Below are positions 9,457 through 19,176 of a stretch of 64,000 nucleotides of DNA, piece by piece. The position numbers and the translations under genes were made by a program. Every line of letters starts with the position of its first letter. Positions within the stretch are counted from its first letter, which is position 1. This DNA is from Clostridia bacterium (GTDB lineage Bacteria > Bacillota > Clostridia > UBA1381 > UBA9506), in assembly GCA_017399695.1 (NCBI GenBank), contig JAFQBK010000015.1, positions 22,852 to 86,851 on the forward strand, written 5' to 3'. The notes beneath the pieces were generated by a model. It was not told where the DNA came from and did not search any database. It was given only the letters and a program-made list of their open reading frames with translations.

Positions 9457-10176
9457 TCACGTATTATAGATTCCTTTTTTATCGTTTTTTCTTACCGTGC
9501 GTACCTCACGGAACATCTGCACAGCATCGCGGAGTGCCCGCACTTTCGAGCCCTCATTGTCGTGAAACAGCTCCACGGGCAGTCTGCCGAGCAGGAAGCC
9601 TTTCTTTTTCGCAAGAAAAATCAGTTCCACATCAAAGCCCCAGCCGGTGAGTGTGCTTTTTGCAAAAATTGCTTCTGCGGCGCGCTTGGTAAACGCCTTA
9701 AAACCGCATTGCGTATCCGGTACGCGCAGATTTAAGATAAGGTTTACCACCAGCGAAAATCCGCCTGACATCAGCTTGCGGTATAAGGGATACTTTCGCC
9801 CGTTGTCTTTCTCTTTTCGGCTGCCTAAAACTACGTCAACCGATTCATCTTTCATCAGGCGGACGGCTTTTTCAATATTTTCCGGCGCATACGGAAGATC
9901 CGCATCCGTAAAGACGAGATAATCTCCTTTGGCATGTTGCACGCCGTACTTGACCGCCGCGCCCTTGCCTCTGTTTTCCCCATAGCCGAGCAGAGAGAGG
10001 TTCTTTCCGCTATGGCTGTTTACGACCTCTCGCGTTTTGTCCGTACTGCCGTCATCAATGACCAAAATCTCATATTCCTCGGGCGGATAGGCAGCCGACA
10101 AAAAGGCGCACAGTGCATCGAGCGTCTTCATGATACGGTTTTCTTCGTTATATGCCGGAACAATCACCGAAATCAT
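9457..10176 (-). CDS. family 2 glycosyltransferase (polyprenyl-phosphate glycosyltransferase-like)
   Basis: MISVIVPAYNEE...VIDDGSTD...FTDADL GT2 motifs. The ATG at 10176 is preceded by AAGGGAGGA; the track start at 10239 is an extension. Confidence 0.8.
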   Translation of the reverse strand: MISVIVPAYNEENRIMKTLDALCAFLSAAYPPEEYEILVIDDGSTDKTREVVNSHSGKNLSLLGYGENRGKGAAVKYGVQHAKGDYLVFTDADLPYAPENIEKAVRLMKDESVDVVLGSRKEKDNGRKYPLYRKLMSGGFSLVVNLILNLRVPDTQCGFKAFTKRAAEAIFAKSTLTGWGFDVELIFLAKKKGFLLGRLPVELFHDNEGSKVRALRDAVQMFREVRTVRKNDKKGIYNT

Positions 10177-10397
10177 CGCTGTCCTCCCTTTCCCTTGATA
10201 CTTAACTGTTATTCTATCAAAACAGTGTCTTAAAATCAATATTTATTGTGTTACATTTGCGTTTCAAGCGTGCGAAAAACATTGACAGAACAGAAAACTT
10301 GTAATACAATATAATATAAAGGCAAGAATCTTTTTTTGGACAAAAATTTGTTCACAGAGCGGACAGTTTTGGCGATGCCAGCAGGAGGCTTTTTAGT

Positions 10398-10892
10398 ATG
10401 AAGTACGGCGTAGGAGACAAAATCGTATACCCGATGCACGGTGCCGGAATCATCGAAGCAATCGAAGAGCGCGAGATTATGGGCGAGCGGCAGAATTATT
10501 ATATTATGCGGATGCCCATCGGCGATATGCGCGTCATGATTCCCATGGATAACGCAGAGGAAATTGGTTTGCGCGATGTCATTGACGAGTCCGAAGCCGA
10601 CCGCGTATTGGCAGAATTTCAGAATTGTCAGACGGAAATGGACCCGAACTGGAACAAACGCTACCGCGAAAATATGTCGCGCATCAAAAGCGGCGATATT
10701 TACGAGGTTGTCCGCGTGGTGAAAAATCTGATGTTCCGCGACAAAAGCCGCGGCGGCTTATCGACCGGCGAGCGCAAGATGTTAAACAGCGCGAAGCAGA
10801 TTTTAGTCAGCGAGCTGGTCGTTGCAAAAAACCTTACGCAAAATAAAGTGGAACAACTGATGAACGAAATGATTGAACAAGAGCTCGCATAA
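10398..10892 (+). CDS. CarD/CdnL family transcriptional regulator
   Basis: The N-terminus YGVGDKIVYPMHGAGIIEAIEEREIMGE..YYIM matches the CarD_CdnL_TRCF RNAP-interaction domain. Confidence 0.85.
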   Translation: MKYGVGDKIVYPMHGAGIIEAIEEREIMGERQNYYIMRMPIGDMRVMIPMDNAEEIGLRDVIDESEADRVLAEFQNCQTEMDPNWNKRYRENMSRIKSGDIYEVVRVVKNLMFRDKSRGGLSTGERKMLNSAKQILVSELVVAKNLTQNKVEQLMNEMIEQELA

Positions 10893-10927
10893 CCTGCCGT
10901 ATGGCTATCATAAGGGAGTGACGCTTG

Positions 10928-11242
10928 ATGGAAGAAAAACGACGCAATAAGCTTGCGGTGAAAATTGCAAACAAAGAATATATGCTGGTTTCCGGCGAAT
11001 CGAGAGAATATATGCTCGAGGTCGCAGACTATGTCGACCGCCAGATGGGCTTGATTCGCGAAGCAAACCCCTGTATGAGTACGGCACAGCAGGCAGTGCT
11101 TGCGGCTGTCAATATGGCGGATGAATGCTTAAAAAACCAGCGCGCGTATGAAGAATCTGCGCAAAAAATTATTGATTACACCAAGAAAGTAGAAGAACTC
11201 GAAGCGGCGCTTGCCCGTGCAAATGCCCGGCTCGCCCGATAA
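10928..11242 (+). CDS. zapA: cell division protein ZapA
   Basis: About 104 aa. The pattern KIANKEYMLVSGESREYMLEVADYVDRQM plus a C-terminal coiled coil is typical of ZapA. AGGGAG RBS 9 nt upstream of the ATG at 10928. Confidence 0.65.
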   Translation: MEEKRRNKLAVKIANKEYMLVSGESREYMLEVADYVDRQMGLIREANPCMSTAQQAVLAAVNMADECLKNQRAYEESAQKIIDYTKKVEELEAALARANARLAR

Positions 11243-11406
11243 AAAAAGCGCAAAAGGCGCTAAACTTTGCTTTCTATCTTTTTTTACAGAAAGTGCCTCA
11301 AGACAATCTTAAATCCCCCCTTTTTTAAAGCGGTCTTAAGGCACTTTTTTTGTAAAAACTTTTCCGCAATTTACATTTTTTGCATACACAGAGAGGATGG
11401 TGCAAA

Positions 11407-12342
11407 ATGAAACGAACGATGGGAAGAGTTTTCCTTTTACTACTGGCTTTCGTGCTGTTGGTTTCCGGCTGTACGCTCACCACGAACGCACCGGGCGAAC
11501 TGCACACGGACCACGTAAGCCTCTACTTTGCAAATAGCGATGCTACCGACCTCGTCGAAGAACGCATCTCGGTTGGCGGTGTTCCTGTGCCGCAGCAGCC
11601 CCGCTATGTCATGGAAAAGCTCTTGGACGGTCCGACAAACCCCGCGCTTGCCCGCGCCATTCGTCCGGGAACGTCTCTTTTAAATCTTTGGGTGGATAAG
11701 GGTGCGGTTACCGTAGATTTGTCCAAGGAATTTTACAACGAAGAAAACATCGCAGACGTACTCGCTGCTGCGTCGATTATTAAATCCCTTTGCTCGGTCA
11801 GCTCCGTAACATCGGTCAGCATCTGGGTCGAGGCGATGCCCCTGCAGCTGGATGACGGAACCATCATTACGGACTTAAAAGACGGCGATTTGGTGTTTGA
11901 CGCGGATGCCTTAACGCAGGACGAAGAAAACATATCGCTTTATTTCAGCGACGGCGACTCGCTTTTAGCGCGTGAAATCCGTCGCGTGACCGTCCCGAAG
12001 GGCGAAACGATGGAAAAACTGATTCTTTCCGAGCTGATTCGCGGTCCGCAAAACAGCATGAATTACCGAACCGTACCGGCAGAAACCAAAATCCGTTCGG
12101 TCGAAACCAAAGACGGTGTTTGCTTTGTCAATCTATCCGCCGATTTTATCCATAAGCATTCCGGCGGCAGCACGGCAGAGATTATGACTATTTACTCGAT
12201 TGTAAACTCACTGACCGAGCTTTCTACGGTCTCCAGCGTACAGTTCTTAATCGAGGGCGAGAAAAAAGACGTGTATATTCATATGGTATTTAATGAACCC
12301 ATTGCGCGCGATATCAGCATGGTTCAGGGAATAAAGCATTAA
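11407..12342 (+). CDS. GerMN-domain lipoprotein (sporulation/germination GerM-like)
   Basis: Lipobox LLVSGC after a signal peptide, then two repeats of the GerMN pattern (LYF...L..E.R.V...LL.GP...). Confidence 0.65.
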   Translation: MKRTMGRVFLLLLAFVLLVSGCTLTTNAPGELHTDHVSLYFANSDATDLVEERISVGGVPVPQQPRYVMEKLLDGPTNPALARAIRPGTSLLNLWVDKGAVTVDLSKEFYNEENIADVLAAASIIKSLCSVSSVTSVSIWVEAMPLQLDDGTIITDLKDGDLVFDADALTQDEENISLYFSDGDSLLAREIRRVTVPKGETMEKLILSELIRGPQNSMNYRTVPAETKIRSVETKDGVCFVNLSADFIHKHSGGSTAEIMTIYSIVNSLTELSTVSSVQFLIEGEKKDVYIHMVFNEPIARDISMVQGIKH

Positions 12343-12357
12343 TGGAGGTATGTACAA

Positions 12358-13290
12358 ATGAAAAAATGTCTGGCGCTTATCTTATCTGCACTCGTTCTGC
12401 TTTCTTCGATGTGCTTTAGCGTATCGGCAGAAGTCGGCGAGCTCTTTATCTCGGTTGACGATGTGGCTCTTTCTGAAAGCGAGCTTGCATTTATTGAAAA
12501 CGACCGCACGCTCATTCCTGTGCGTTCTTTATGCAATGCTTTGGGTATTAGTGACGAAAACATTACTCTTTCGAATGATATTCTGACGGTTAAGACCTCT
12601 GTTATGAGCGATGAATGTGTGATTACACTTCCGCTCGGCTCTCTTTCCGCAACCAAAAACGGAGAAGAAATTATATTGGATGCACCGGCTCGTTTAGTGG
12701 ACGGCAAGACCTTTGTTCCGCTTCGTTTTGTCAGTGAGGCTTTTGGTGCGTTGGTCGATTTTATACCGGCGCCGGCAGAACTTGCGCCGATTCGCAACCT
12801 GATTACCATTCAAACAGTAAAGAATCAGCCCCTTAAAATCTTTATGCCGACAGAAGCAAAAGAGGCAGGTGCAGCTGACCTGTTTACCGTTGCAGCCGCA
12901 ATTACCGGTCTTACCAATGTATCCATCATTGAGGTCGGCGAAGAAGACCGCTATGAAAAGGCTGTCATTGCGCTTTCCACCGACACTCCGCTGATTTTCA
13001 TGGATACCGGTTTTATGAGCGAAAGCCTGATTTCCACACACTACGGAGATGGAAGACTTTTGCCCATCGGTGATTTGATTGCTCGTTTAGCTCCTGCAGC
13101 AAAAGAGTGGATTGACAGCGACGAAGAACTTTTGGCAAAGATTTCCGCCAGCGATGGTAATATGATTGCTTTCCCCGTAGAAAACGGCGAAGGTGTTGAC
13201 CGTTTCTTTGTCATGGAGGATGCAAACGCTTATAATGCGGTAAGTCTGATTCATGCTTACCGTGAAATTGTCTTAAGCTTACAGGGCTAA
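12358..13290 (+). CDS. secreted copper-amine-oxidase N-terminal (stalk) domain protein
   Basis: Signal peptide, then NDRTLIPVRSLCNALG and DGKTFVPLRFVSEAFGA motifs typical of Cu_amine_oxidN1 domains. Confidence 0.6.
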   Translation: MKKCLALILSALVLLSSMCFSVSAEVGELFISVDDVALSESELAFIENDRTLIPVRSLCNALGISDENITLSNDILTVKTSVMSDECVITLPLGSLSATKNGEEIILDAPARLVDGKTFVPLRFVSEAFGALVDFIPAPAELAPIRNLITIQTVKNQPLKIFMPTEAKEAGAADLFTVAAAITGLTNVSIIEVGEEDRYEKAVIALSTDTPLIFMDTGFMSESLISTHYGDGRLLPIGDLIARLAPAAKEWIDSDEELLAKISASDGNMIAFPVENGEGVDRFFVMEDANAYNAVSLIHAYREIVLSLQG

Positions 13291-13307
13291 TTCCTACAAA
13301 AGTAAAC

Positions 13308-13346
13308 GGGTTGTCCCGGACAAGAGCGCCGGGACAACCTTTTTTC
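13308..13346 (+). terminator. intrinsic terminator
   Basis: GGGTTGTCCCGG-acaagagcg-CCGGGACAACC followed by TTTTTTC. Confidence 0.8.
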
Positions 13347-13367
13347 TATTAAATAAGGATGAATGTG

Positions 13368-14030
13368 ATGAAAAAACATATCTTTTTTGACGTCGGCGGC
13401 GTGCTGTTTGAAACCGAAACCGCCATTTCTTCGGCACTTTCCTATGCCGCAGAGCAGACAGGTTTTGTAACGCCGAAAGACCTTTCGCTTTTTTTCGGCG
13501 TACCGGCACCCGATGCCGTCATTGATGCGTTCGGAGTGGGTCTTGCTGATGCCACCGCGATTATCTCGGCATATCGGGACTATTTTTCCAAAGAGGCGGT
13601 GTATGCTTGCAGCCTCTATGAGGGCACCATAGAGCTGTTAGATGCTCTCACCGCAAAAGGAGCCAAGCTGTACGCGATTTCCTCGATGCTGCACGGCTCA
13701 CTGCTCAAGCTGTTAGAGTATCATCGGCTCGATACATACTTTACCGATGCGCGCGGCGTTTCCGCGGACAACACCGTGAGTAGTAAGGAGGACGTCCTGC
13801 GCTACGCGATGCAGAAAACGGGCTTGATTACCAAGAAAAGCGGACGTCTCGGCGCAATAAAAAAGGAAATCGTCTTTGTCGGCGACCGCTGGCAGGACAA
13901 GCTCGCCGCCAAGCTTTTACAGGTCGATTTCGTCGGTACGAGCTATGGCTACGGCACGGAGAATGAGCTTTCCGACAGCATAAAAGCAAGTTCGCCAAAA
14001 GAGCTCGAAAAAATCCTGCTTTCTCTGTAA
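13368..14030 (+). CDS. HAD-superfamily hydrolase (phosphoglycolate-phosphatase-like)
   Basis: Motif I is an FFDVGGVLFET variant. A late VGDRWQD motif gives the typical HAD layout. RBS AAGGA 6 nt before the ATG at 13368. Confidence 0.7.
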   Translation: MKKHIFFDVGGVLFETETAISSALSYAAEQTGFVTPKDLSLFFGVPAPDAVIDAFGVGLADATAIISAYRDYFSKEAVYACSLYEGTIELLDALTAKGAKLYAISSMLHGSLLKLLEYHRLDTYFTDARGVSADNTVSSKEDVLRYAMQKTGLITKKSGRLGAIKKEIVFVGDRWQDKLAAKLLQVDFVGTSYGYGTENELSDSIKASSPKELEKILLSL

Positions 14031-14143
14031 ATAAACGTCATTTTTTGGTTGACGAAAGAAACAAAAAACGCTATAATAGTGCGTATGGGCGTGTGTTTCG
14101 CCCATACAAAAAAAGTACATTTTATCCCCAGGAGGCGGACCCC

Positions 14144-14872
14144 ATGTTAATACCCACCGGACCAATGCAAGTTGACCATGCTTTGATGATTAGGCAAAAC
14201 ATCGGTTTGATTTTTGATTTATTACAGACACTCGTGCTCCTTGGCTGTGTCTTTTACGGGCTGTTTATTTTCCACCGCGTCTCCGACAAGAGAAAATACA
14301 GCTATCTGATTTCGGCAATGGCGTGCGTGATTATAGGTGATATGGTTTCCTATCTTTCGCTTTTGTTTCAGGCCCCACACGCATACGACCTAACGGCTGC
14401 AGACCTTGCGTATTGCGGACTGTATATCTTTTTAACGACCACCTCACTCCATATCCGGAAAGAATGGAGCACACGCAGGAAGCTGGATAACAAAAAGAAC
14501 TACGCCTGGGGACATCTTGCTGCCGTTATTACGCTACTTGCCAGCATCCTGCCTTTATATGCACTGTGGCGCAAGGGCGCACCGCTGACGGCAGAGATTC
14601 TCTTTACGGTCTTACGAGTCGGTCTTGCGTGGGTCAGCGTTTATATGCTTGCTTCATCAGGGGAACGCAGCCGCAAATATCACCTTTTGGTGTTCTTTGT
14701 GTTTATCGTTGATTTTTGTACCAGCATTTTTGCTGCACTTAGCATTTTCCCCTTATTTTTACTTTTCGATTTTACGCTTACGGTATTGTTTGTTTTTCTT
14801 ATCCCTACCGCGCGCGGAATCAAGCGGAGAAAACGCTCCGAATCTCATACAGAAAAAGAAGAAACCGTCTGA
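14144..14872 (+). CDS. hypothetical polytopic membrane protein
   Basis: Six to seven hydrophobic helices with a basic C-terminal tail. The ATG at 14144 follows GGAGG; the track start at 14045 (TTG) lacks an RBS. No family recognised. Confidence 0.45.
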   Translation: MLIPTGPMQVDHALMIRQNIGLIFDLLQTLVLLGCVFYGLFIFHRVSDKRKYSYLISAMACVIIGDMVSYLSLLFQAPHAYDLTAADLAYCGLYIFLTTTSLHIRKEWSTRRKLDNKKNYAWGHLAAVITLLASILPLYALWRKGAPLTAEILFTVLRVGLAWVSVYMLASSGERSRKYHLLVFFVFIVDFCTSIFAALSIFPLFLLFDFTLTVLFVFLIPTARGIKRRKRSESHTEKEETV

Positions 14873-14893
14873 GTATTTCAGACGGTTTCTTCT

Positions 14894-16048
14894 TTATTTC
14901 ATTAGCTCTTTTGCCAACCCCTTAATTTCTTCCTTGTTTTCTTCCGAAACAGCAGATTTGATATGCACGTTGTTTTCGGTAAATGTCAGGTCTTTCGATG
15001 CACAAAGGAGTTCTTTCATTTTCTTTTCCGCCGTGCTTGCCCAGGAGCCGTTTTCAATAAAGCCAATCGTGCGGTTCTGGTAATTGCGCTCGGTCAGATG
15101 GTGAATAAACTCAAACATAAACGGGAAAATACCACCGTTATAGGTGGTCGTTGCGAGCACGATTTTTCCGTAGCGGAATGCGTCTTCTACGGCTTCAGCC
15201 ATATCACAGCGCGCGAGGTTCGTAACACAAACCTTCGGGCAGCCTGCTTCTAGGAGTTCCTTTTCTAACAGGCGAACCGCCGACTCGGTGTTTCCGTAAA
15301 CCGAAGTGTAGAAGATTGCCACACCCTCGCTCTCTACGCCGTAGGACGACCAGGTGTTATAAAGTCCCAAATAGTACGACAAATTCTCGGAAAGCACGGG
15401 ACCGTGCAACGAGCAGATGCGCTCGATATCGAGACCTGCTGCTTTTTTTAAGACCGCCTGTACCTGTGCGCCGAATTTTCCGACAATGCCGAAATAGTAG
15501 CGGCGCGCCTCACACGCCCATTCTTCATCCGCATCCGTCGTTCCGAATTTGCCGAACCCGTCGGCAGAAAAGAGCGTTTTGGTCATAGACTCATAGCTCA
15601 TAATAACCTCAGGCCAATGCACCATCGGTGCCGTCACAAAGGTCAGCGTGTGTTCTCCCAGCGATAAGCTGTCTCCCTCGCCAACCGCGATGCGGCGCTC
15701 GGAATAGTCTGTACCGAAGAACTGCTTCATCATCAAAAATGAGCTTTTATTTGAAACTACATAGGCCTCGGGGTATTTTTCCATAAACCGATGGATGTTT
15801 GCCGAGTGGTCCGGCTCCATGTGGTGCACCACCAGATAGTCAGGCGCGCGGTCTCCGATGACCTCTGTGATATTGTCCAGCCACTCATCGCCAAACGCCT
15901 TGTCCACGGTATCCAAAACCGCGATTTTTTCGTCACGAATGAGGTAGGAGTTGTACGCCATGCCATGCTCTACCTTGTACTGCCCCTCAAACAGGTCGAT
16001 TGTATAATCATTCACACCAATGTGAAAAATTTTCTCTGTAATGTTCAT
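14894..16048 (-). CDS. flavodiiron protein (FprA-type A-type flavoprotein)
   Basis: Metallo-beta-lactamase-like di-iron motif HHMEPDHS plus a C-terminal flavodoxin domain (IFYTSVYGNTE). Adjacent to rubredoxin. Confidence 0.85.
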   Translation of the reverse strand: MNITEKIFHIGVNDYTIDLFEGQYKVEHGMAYNSYLIRDEKIAVLDTVDKAFGDEWLDNITEVIGDRAPDYLVVHHMEPDHSANIHRFMEKYPEAYVVSNKSSFLMMKQFFGTDYSERRIAVGEGDSLSLGEHTLTFVTAPMVHWPEVIMSYESMTKTLFSADGFGKFGTTDADEEWACEARRYYFGIVGKFGAQVQAVLKKAAGLDIERICSLHGPVLSENLSYYLGLYNTWSSYGVESEGVAIFYTSVYGNTESAVRLLEKELLEAGCPKVCVTNLARCDMAEAVEDAFRYGKIVLATTTYNGGIFPFMFEFIHHLTERNYQNRTIGFIENGSWASTAEKKMKELLCASKDLTFTENNVHIKSAVSEENKEEIKGLAKELMK

Positions 16049-16115
16049 TTTCTCTTTAGTCCTCTCTAAAAAGTCGTAAGAGGATGCAAAAAATAATTTT
16101 TACATCCCCTGTCAT

Positions 16116-16271
16116 TTACTCCGCGGAAAAGCTGTCTTTACCCACGCCGCAAATCGGACAAACCCAGTCTTCAGGAACATCTTCCCATTTTGTGCCGGGA
16201 GCTACGCCGTTATCCGGATCGCCGATTGCCTCATCGTAAGTATATCCGCAAACATCGCAAATATATTTCAT
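16116..16271 (-). CDS. rubredoxin
   Basis: [14 protein letters not shown]...WVCPICG has two CxxCG knuckles. The ATG at 16271 is preceded by GGAGGA; the track start at 16301 is an extension. Confidence 0.9.
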   Translation of the reverse strand: MKYICDVCGYTYDEAIGDPDNGVAPGTKWEDVPEDWVCPICGVGKDSFSAE

Positions 16272-16316
16272 CGTTTTTTCCTCCTTCCCCTCATTTTTCA
16301 TTTTGCATTTATTATT

Positions 16317-17084
16317 CTATCCCAAATAGAAATCCATTATGAGCATAAAACAAAATCCAAATAAAAGTGCATAGGTTGCGCCGCGCTCGCTGCCGTGTGC
16401 ATGGGTTTCGGGAATCATCTCATCGCTGACCACATACAGCATGGTTCCGCCCGCAAACGCAAGAGCAAATGGTAAAATCGCGTTCGATACACTGACGGCA
16501 AAATACCCCAAGAATGTACCGACAACCTCGACTACGCCGGTAATCGCCGCAATGACAAGTGTTCTTCTTTTGCTGATTCCCGCCGCAATCATCGGCGCAA
16601 TAATCACCATTCCCTCGGGAATATTCTGAAGCGCAATACCTCCGGCAATCGTGAGTGCCTCACCGGTATTTCCCGTACCGAAGCCAACGCCTGCCGCGAG
16701 CCCCTCGGGCAAATTGTGTATCGCAATCGCCATCACAAATAAAAGGACCTTTCCTGCCTGCTGACTACCGTTTGCGTGCGCCTCATAATCAAGGCCCGAC
16801 AAGCGATGAAGATGCGGGACCGTTTTATCTAAAAGGTTTAAGACCAGGGCGCCTGAAAAAACGCCGGCGATAACAATCCAGACAGAAAAGTCGCCGCCGC
16901 GCTCGATAGCAGGAAGAACCAGCCCGAACACCGCCGCGCACAGCATTACGCCCGCCGCAAAGGACAGAATCATATCGCTCATCGTATGCGACATTTTCTT
17001 AAAGCAAAAGCCAATCAGCGCGCCAACGAGCGTCGCTCCGCCAACGCCTAATGCTGTAAGCAGAACCAATTCCATCGAAGTCAC
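16317..17084 (-). CDS. zupT: ZIP-family divalent metal transporter (ZupT-like)
   Basis: 255-aa, 8-TM protein with IAIHNLPEGLA and ALQNIPEG motifs. Confidence 0.8.
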   Translation of the reverse strand: MTSMELVLLTALGVGGATLVGALIGFCFKKMSHTMSDMILSFAAGVMLCAAVFGLVLPAIERGGDFSVWIVIAGVFSGALVLNLLDKTVPHLHRLSGLDYEAHANGSQQAGKVLLFVMAIAIHNLPEGLAAGVGFGTGNTGEALTIAGGIALQNIPEGMVIIAPMIAAGISKRRTLVIAAITGVVEVVGTFLGYFAVSVSNAILPFALAFAGGTMLYVVSDEMIPETHAHGSERGATYALLFGFCFMLIMDFYLG

Positions 17085-17452
17085 CCCTTTTTTATTCCTT
17101 TCTTTATTCTATCACATTCGCTTTTGTTTCTCAATAGGTTCCATCACAAAATTTTTCATTTAACAGCCTTTTAGGATGAACGGAAAATAGCGCAGATTGG
17201 ACAAACTGAACCCGAAGGGGTCACCCGAAGGCGTACAGCGTCACCGATGGCTGCGCTACTGGCGGAGCCGCCCTAAGCCGACTCCTTACCCGCTTCGCAT
17301 CTGTTCCTTCATCATACAAAGGCGTATAGCCTTTGTATGAAAAGGAGAAACCAACTGCAAATATGAGGTTTTTCTTTTCCGGACAAAAGGAAAACCGAAT
17401 CAGGCAGGTGTGTTTCGACGCCCGAGTGGTGAAGTTTGTTCAAAACACAAGG

Positions 17453-17491
17453 CATAAAATAGAAGCAATTCGTCTAATGGCGAATTGCTTC
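17453..17491 (-). terminator. intrinsic terminator downstream of ftsX
   Basis: On the minus strand: GAAGCAATTCG-ccattaga-CGAATTGCTTC followed by TATTTTAT. Confidence 0.65.
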
Positions 17492-17546
17492 CTTAAGTTT
17501 TGCTTTGTTTTAACTTTTTAATATACAAAATTTTACTTATACGCAT

Positions 17547-17578
17547 TTTGCCTTGTGTGGTGTGCGCATTTTACTACA
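17547..17578 (-). repeat. 32-nt 3'-UTR motif, copy 1 (after ftsX)
   Basis: Minus-strand TGTAGtAAAATGCGCACACCACACAAGGCAAA, 31/32 identical to 57782-57813. Begins 10 nt after the ftsX stop. Confidence 0.8.
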
Positions 17579-17588
17579 GCCCTTTGTA

Positions 17589-18479
17589 TTATACTTTTAA
17601 ATGCTTGCGTACCGACATCAAGCTTCCCAAACCGCCCAATACAACACCCATCAAGAGGAACGTTCCGGCAAGCGAAAAAGCAAGGTCGCCAAACGGCTTA
17701 AAGGTAACAAAGGAAATATTAAGCCCGGAAAGCATTCCTAAAATACCCTGATAGCCACACGACACCAAAATATAAGTAACGACTGCACCGAAAAGGCCGA
17801 TAATAATACCCTCAATAATGAACGGCCAGCGGATAAACCAGTCGGTTGCGCCGACAAATTTCATAATATTGATTTCTTTCCGACGGGCATACACCGTCAG
17901 CTTAATCGTGTTGGAAATAATAAAGACGGAGGCAATCGTTAAGAAAATCATCACCCAAACGCTGATGCTTCCAAGGTAACCCGTCATATTTACCAATTTA
18001 TCAATCGTGTCCTGATTGCGAATCAGCTTGGCTACTCCGGGCACTGCCTCAAGCTCCTTTGCCGTTTCGTCTGCCAAAGAAAGGTCTAAAAGCCTTACCT
18101 TATACCAGTCCCTTAAGGGATTATTTTCTTCATAGCCGTCTAAGAGCACTGCATCCTCGCCGAACTTAACCTTCCATTCTTCTAACCGTGTCTCTTTTTG
18201 ATTGAGCGTTACTTCGCTGACATTTGTAAGGGAGCGAAGCGTTTCGCCCATCGCATCCCTTGCCGCCACATCATAGCTTTCATCAACAACAACTACGATT
18301 TCATAGTCGCCCTCGAGCTGACCGGCGATATGGTTCATATTAACCGACAAAACAAGGAAGAGACCAAAAACTAAAAGGCTTGCGATTACGGTAAAAATCG
18401 AGGCGATACTCATCCAGCCGTTAGAAAACACATTCTTAGAAGCCTCGCGCAGATAGTACTGAAAGCTGTTAATTTTCAT
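17589..18479 (-). CDS. ftsX: cell division permease-like protein FtsX
   Basis: Four-TM FtsX layout. The ATG at 18479 (MKINSFQYYLREA) has a GAGGTGA RBS and overlaps the ftsE stop by 11 nt. Confidence 0.85.
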   Translation of the reverse strand: MKINSFQYYLREASKNVFSNGWMSIASIFTVIASLLVFGLFLVLSVNMNHIAGQLEGDYEIVVVVDESYDVAARDAMGETLRSLTNVSEVTLNQKETRLEEWKVKFGEDAVLLDGYEENNPLRDWYKVRLLDLSLADETAKELEAVPGVAKLIRNQDTIDKLVNMTGYLGSISVWVMIFLTIASVFIISNTIKLTVYARRKEINIMKFVGATDWFIRWPFIIEGIIIGLFGAVVTYILVSCGYQGILGMLSGLNISFVTFKPFGDLAFSLAGTFLLMGVVLGGLGSLMSVRKHLKV

Positions 18480-19155
18480 ATCCGTAATCACCTCTGGCTT
18501 CATCGCGTACAATCACGCCGTCTTCAATGGCGATAACGCGTTTTTTCATTACGTTAACGATTTCTTTTGCGTGGGTCGCCATAATAATCGTCGTTCCTCG
18601 CTTATTAATTTCATCTAAAAGCTCCATAATTTCCATCGCAGTCTTCGGGTTTAAGTTGCCCGTCGGCTCATCCGCAATCAAAAAGGCAGGATTGTTGACG
18701 AGAGCGCGAGCCAGCGCCACTCTCTGCTGCTCGCCGCCGGAAAGCTGACCGGGGAGCATCTTCGCCTTACCTGCTAGACCTACCATACTCAAAACGGCAG
18801 GCACCTGTCTGCGGATGGCACGCTTCGGTGCTCCGACAACCTCCATCGCGAAAGAAACATTTTCATATACCGTCTTATTCGGAAGCAAACGGAAATCCTG
18901 AAACACAACGCCCATATTCCGGCGCAGGTAAGGAATCTGCTTTTGGGTGAGCTGACCGACATTGACATTTTTAATAATAACATCGCCGCTGGTCGCAGTC
19001 TCCTCGTGCATCAAAAGCTTAATCAGCGTCGATTTTCCCGCACCGCTGGGACCGACAATAAAAACGAATTCGCCGCGCTCAATTACAAAGCTGATATTAT
19101 TTAAAGCGGTCGAGCCGTTGTCATAGACCTTAGATACGTTACTCAGAAGAATCAA
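18469..19155 (-). CDS. ftsE: cell division ATP-binding protein FtsE
   Basis: ABC ATPase with Walker A GPSGAGKST, signature LSGGEQQR and Walker B FLIADEPT. About 228 aa, directly upstream of ftsX. Confidence 0.9.
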   Translation of the reverse strand: MILLSNVSKVYDNGSTALNNISFVIERGEFVFIVGPSGAGKSTLIKLLMHEETATSGDVIIKNVNVGQLTQKQIPYLRRNMGVVFQDFRLLPNKTVYENVSFAMEVVGAPKRAIRRQVPAVLSMVGLAGKAKMLPGQLSGGEQQRVALARALVNNPAFLIADEPTGNLNPKTAMEIMELLDEINKRGTTIIMATHAKEIVNVMKKRVIAIEDGVIVRDEARGDYGYEN

Positions 19156-19176
19156 AACGTACCCTCCTTTTTCTAT

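Noticed and set aside
17333-17521. 62-aa and 83-aa ORFs in the ftsX-zupT intergenic region (17333-17521 and 17500-17751).
   Set aside because: They have no credible start context (the GGAG upstream of the 17333 ORF abuts the ATG). They overlap the ftsX terminator, the 32-nt motif or the ftsX 3' end. They have low-complexity composition.
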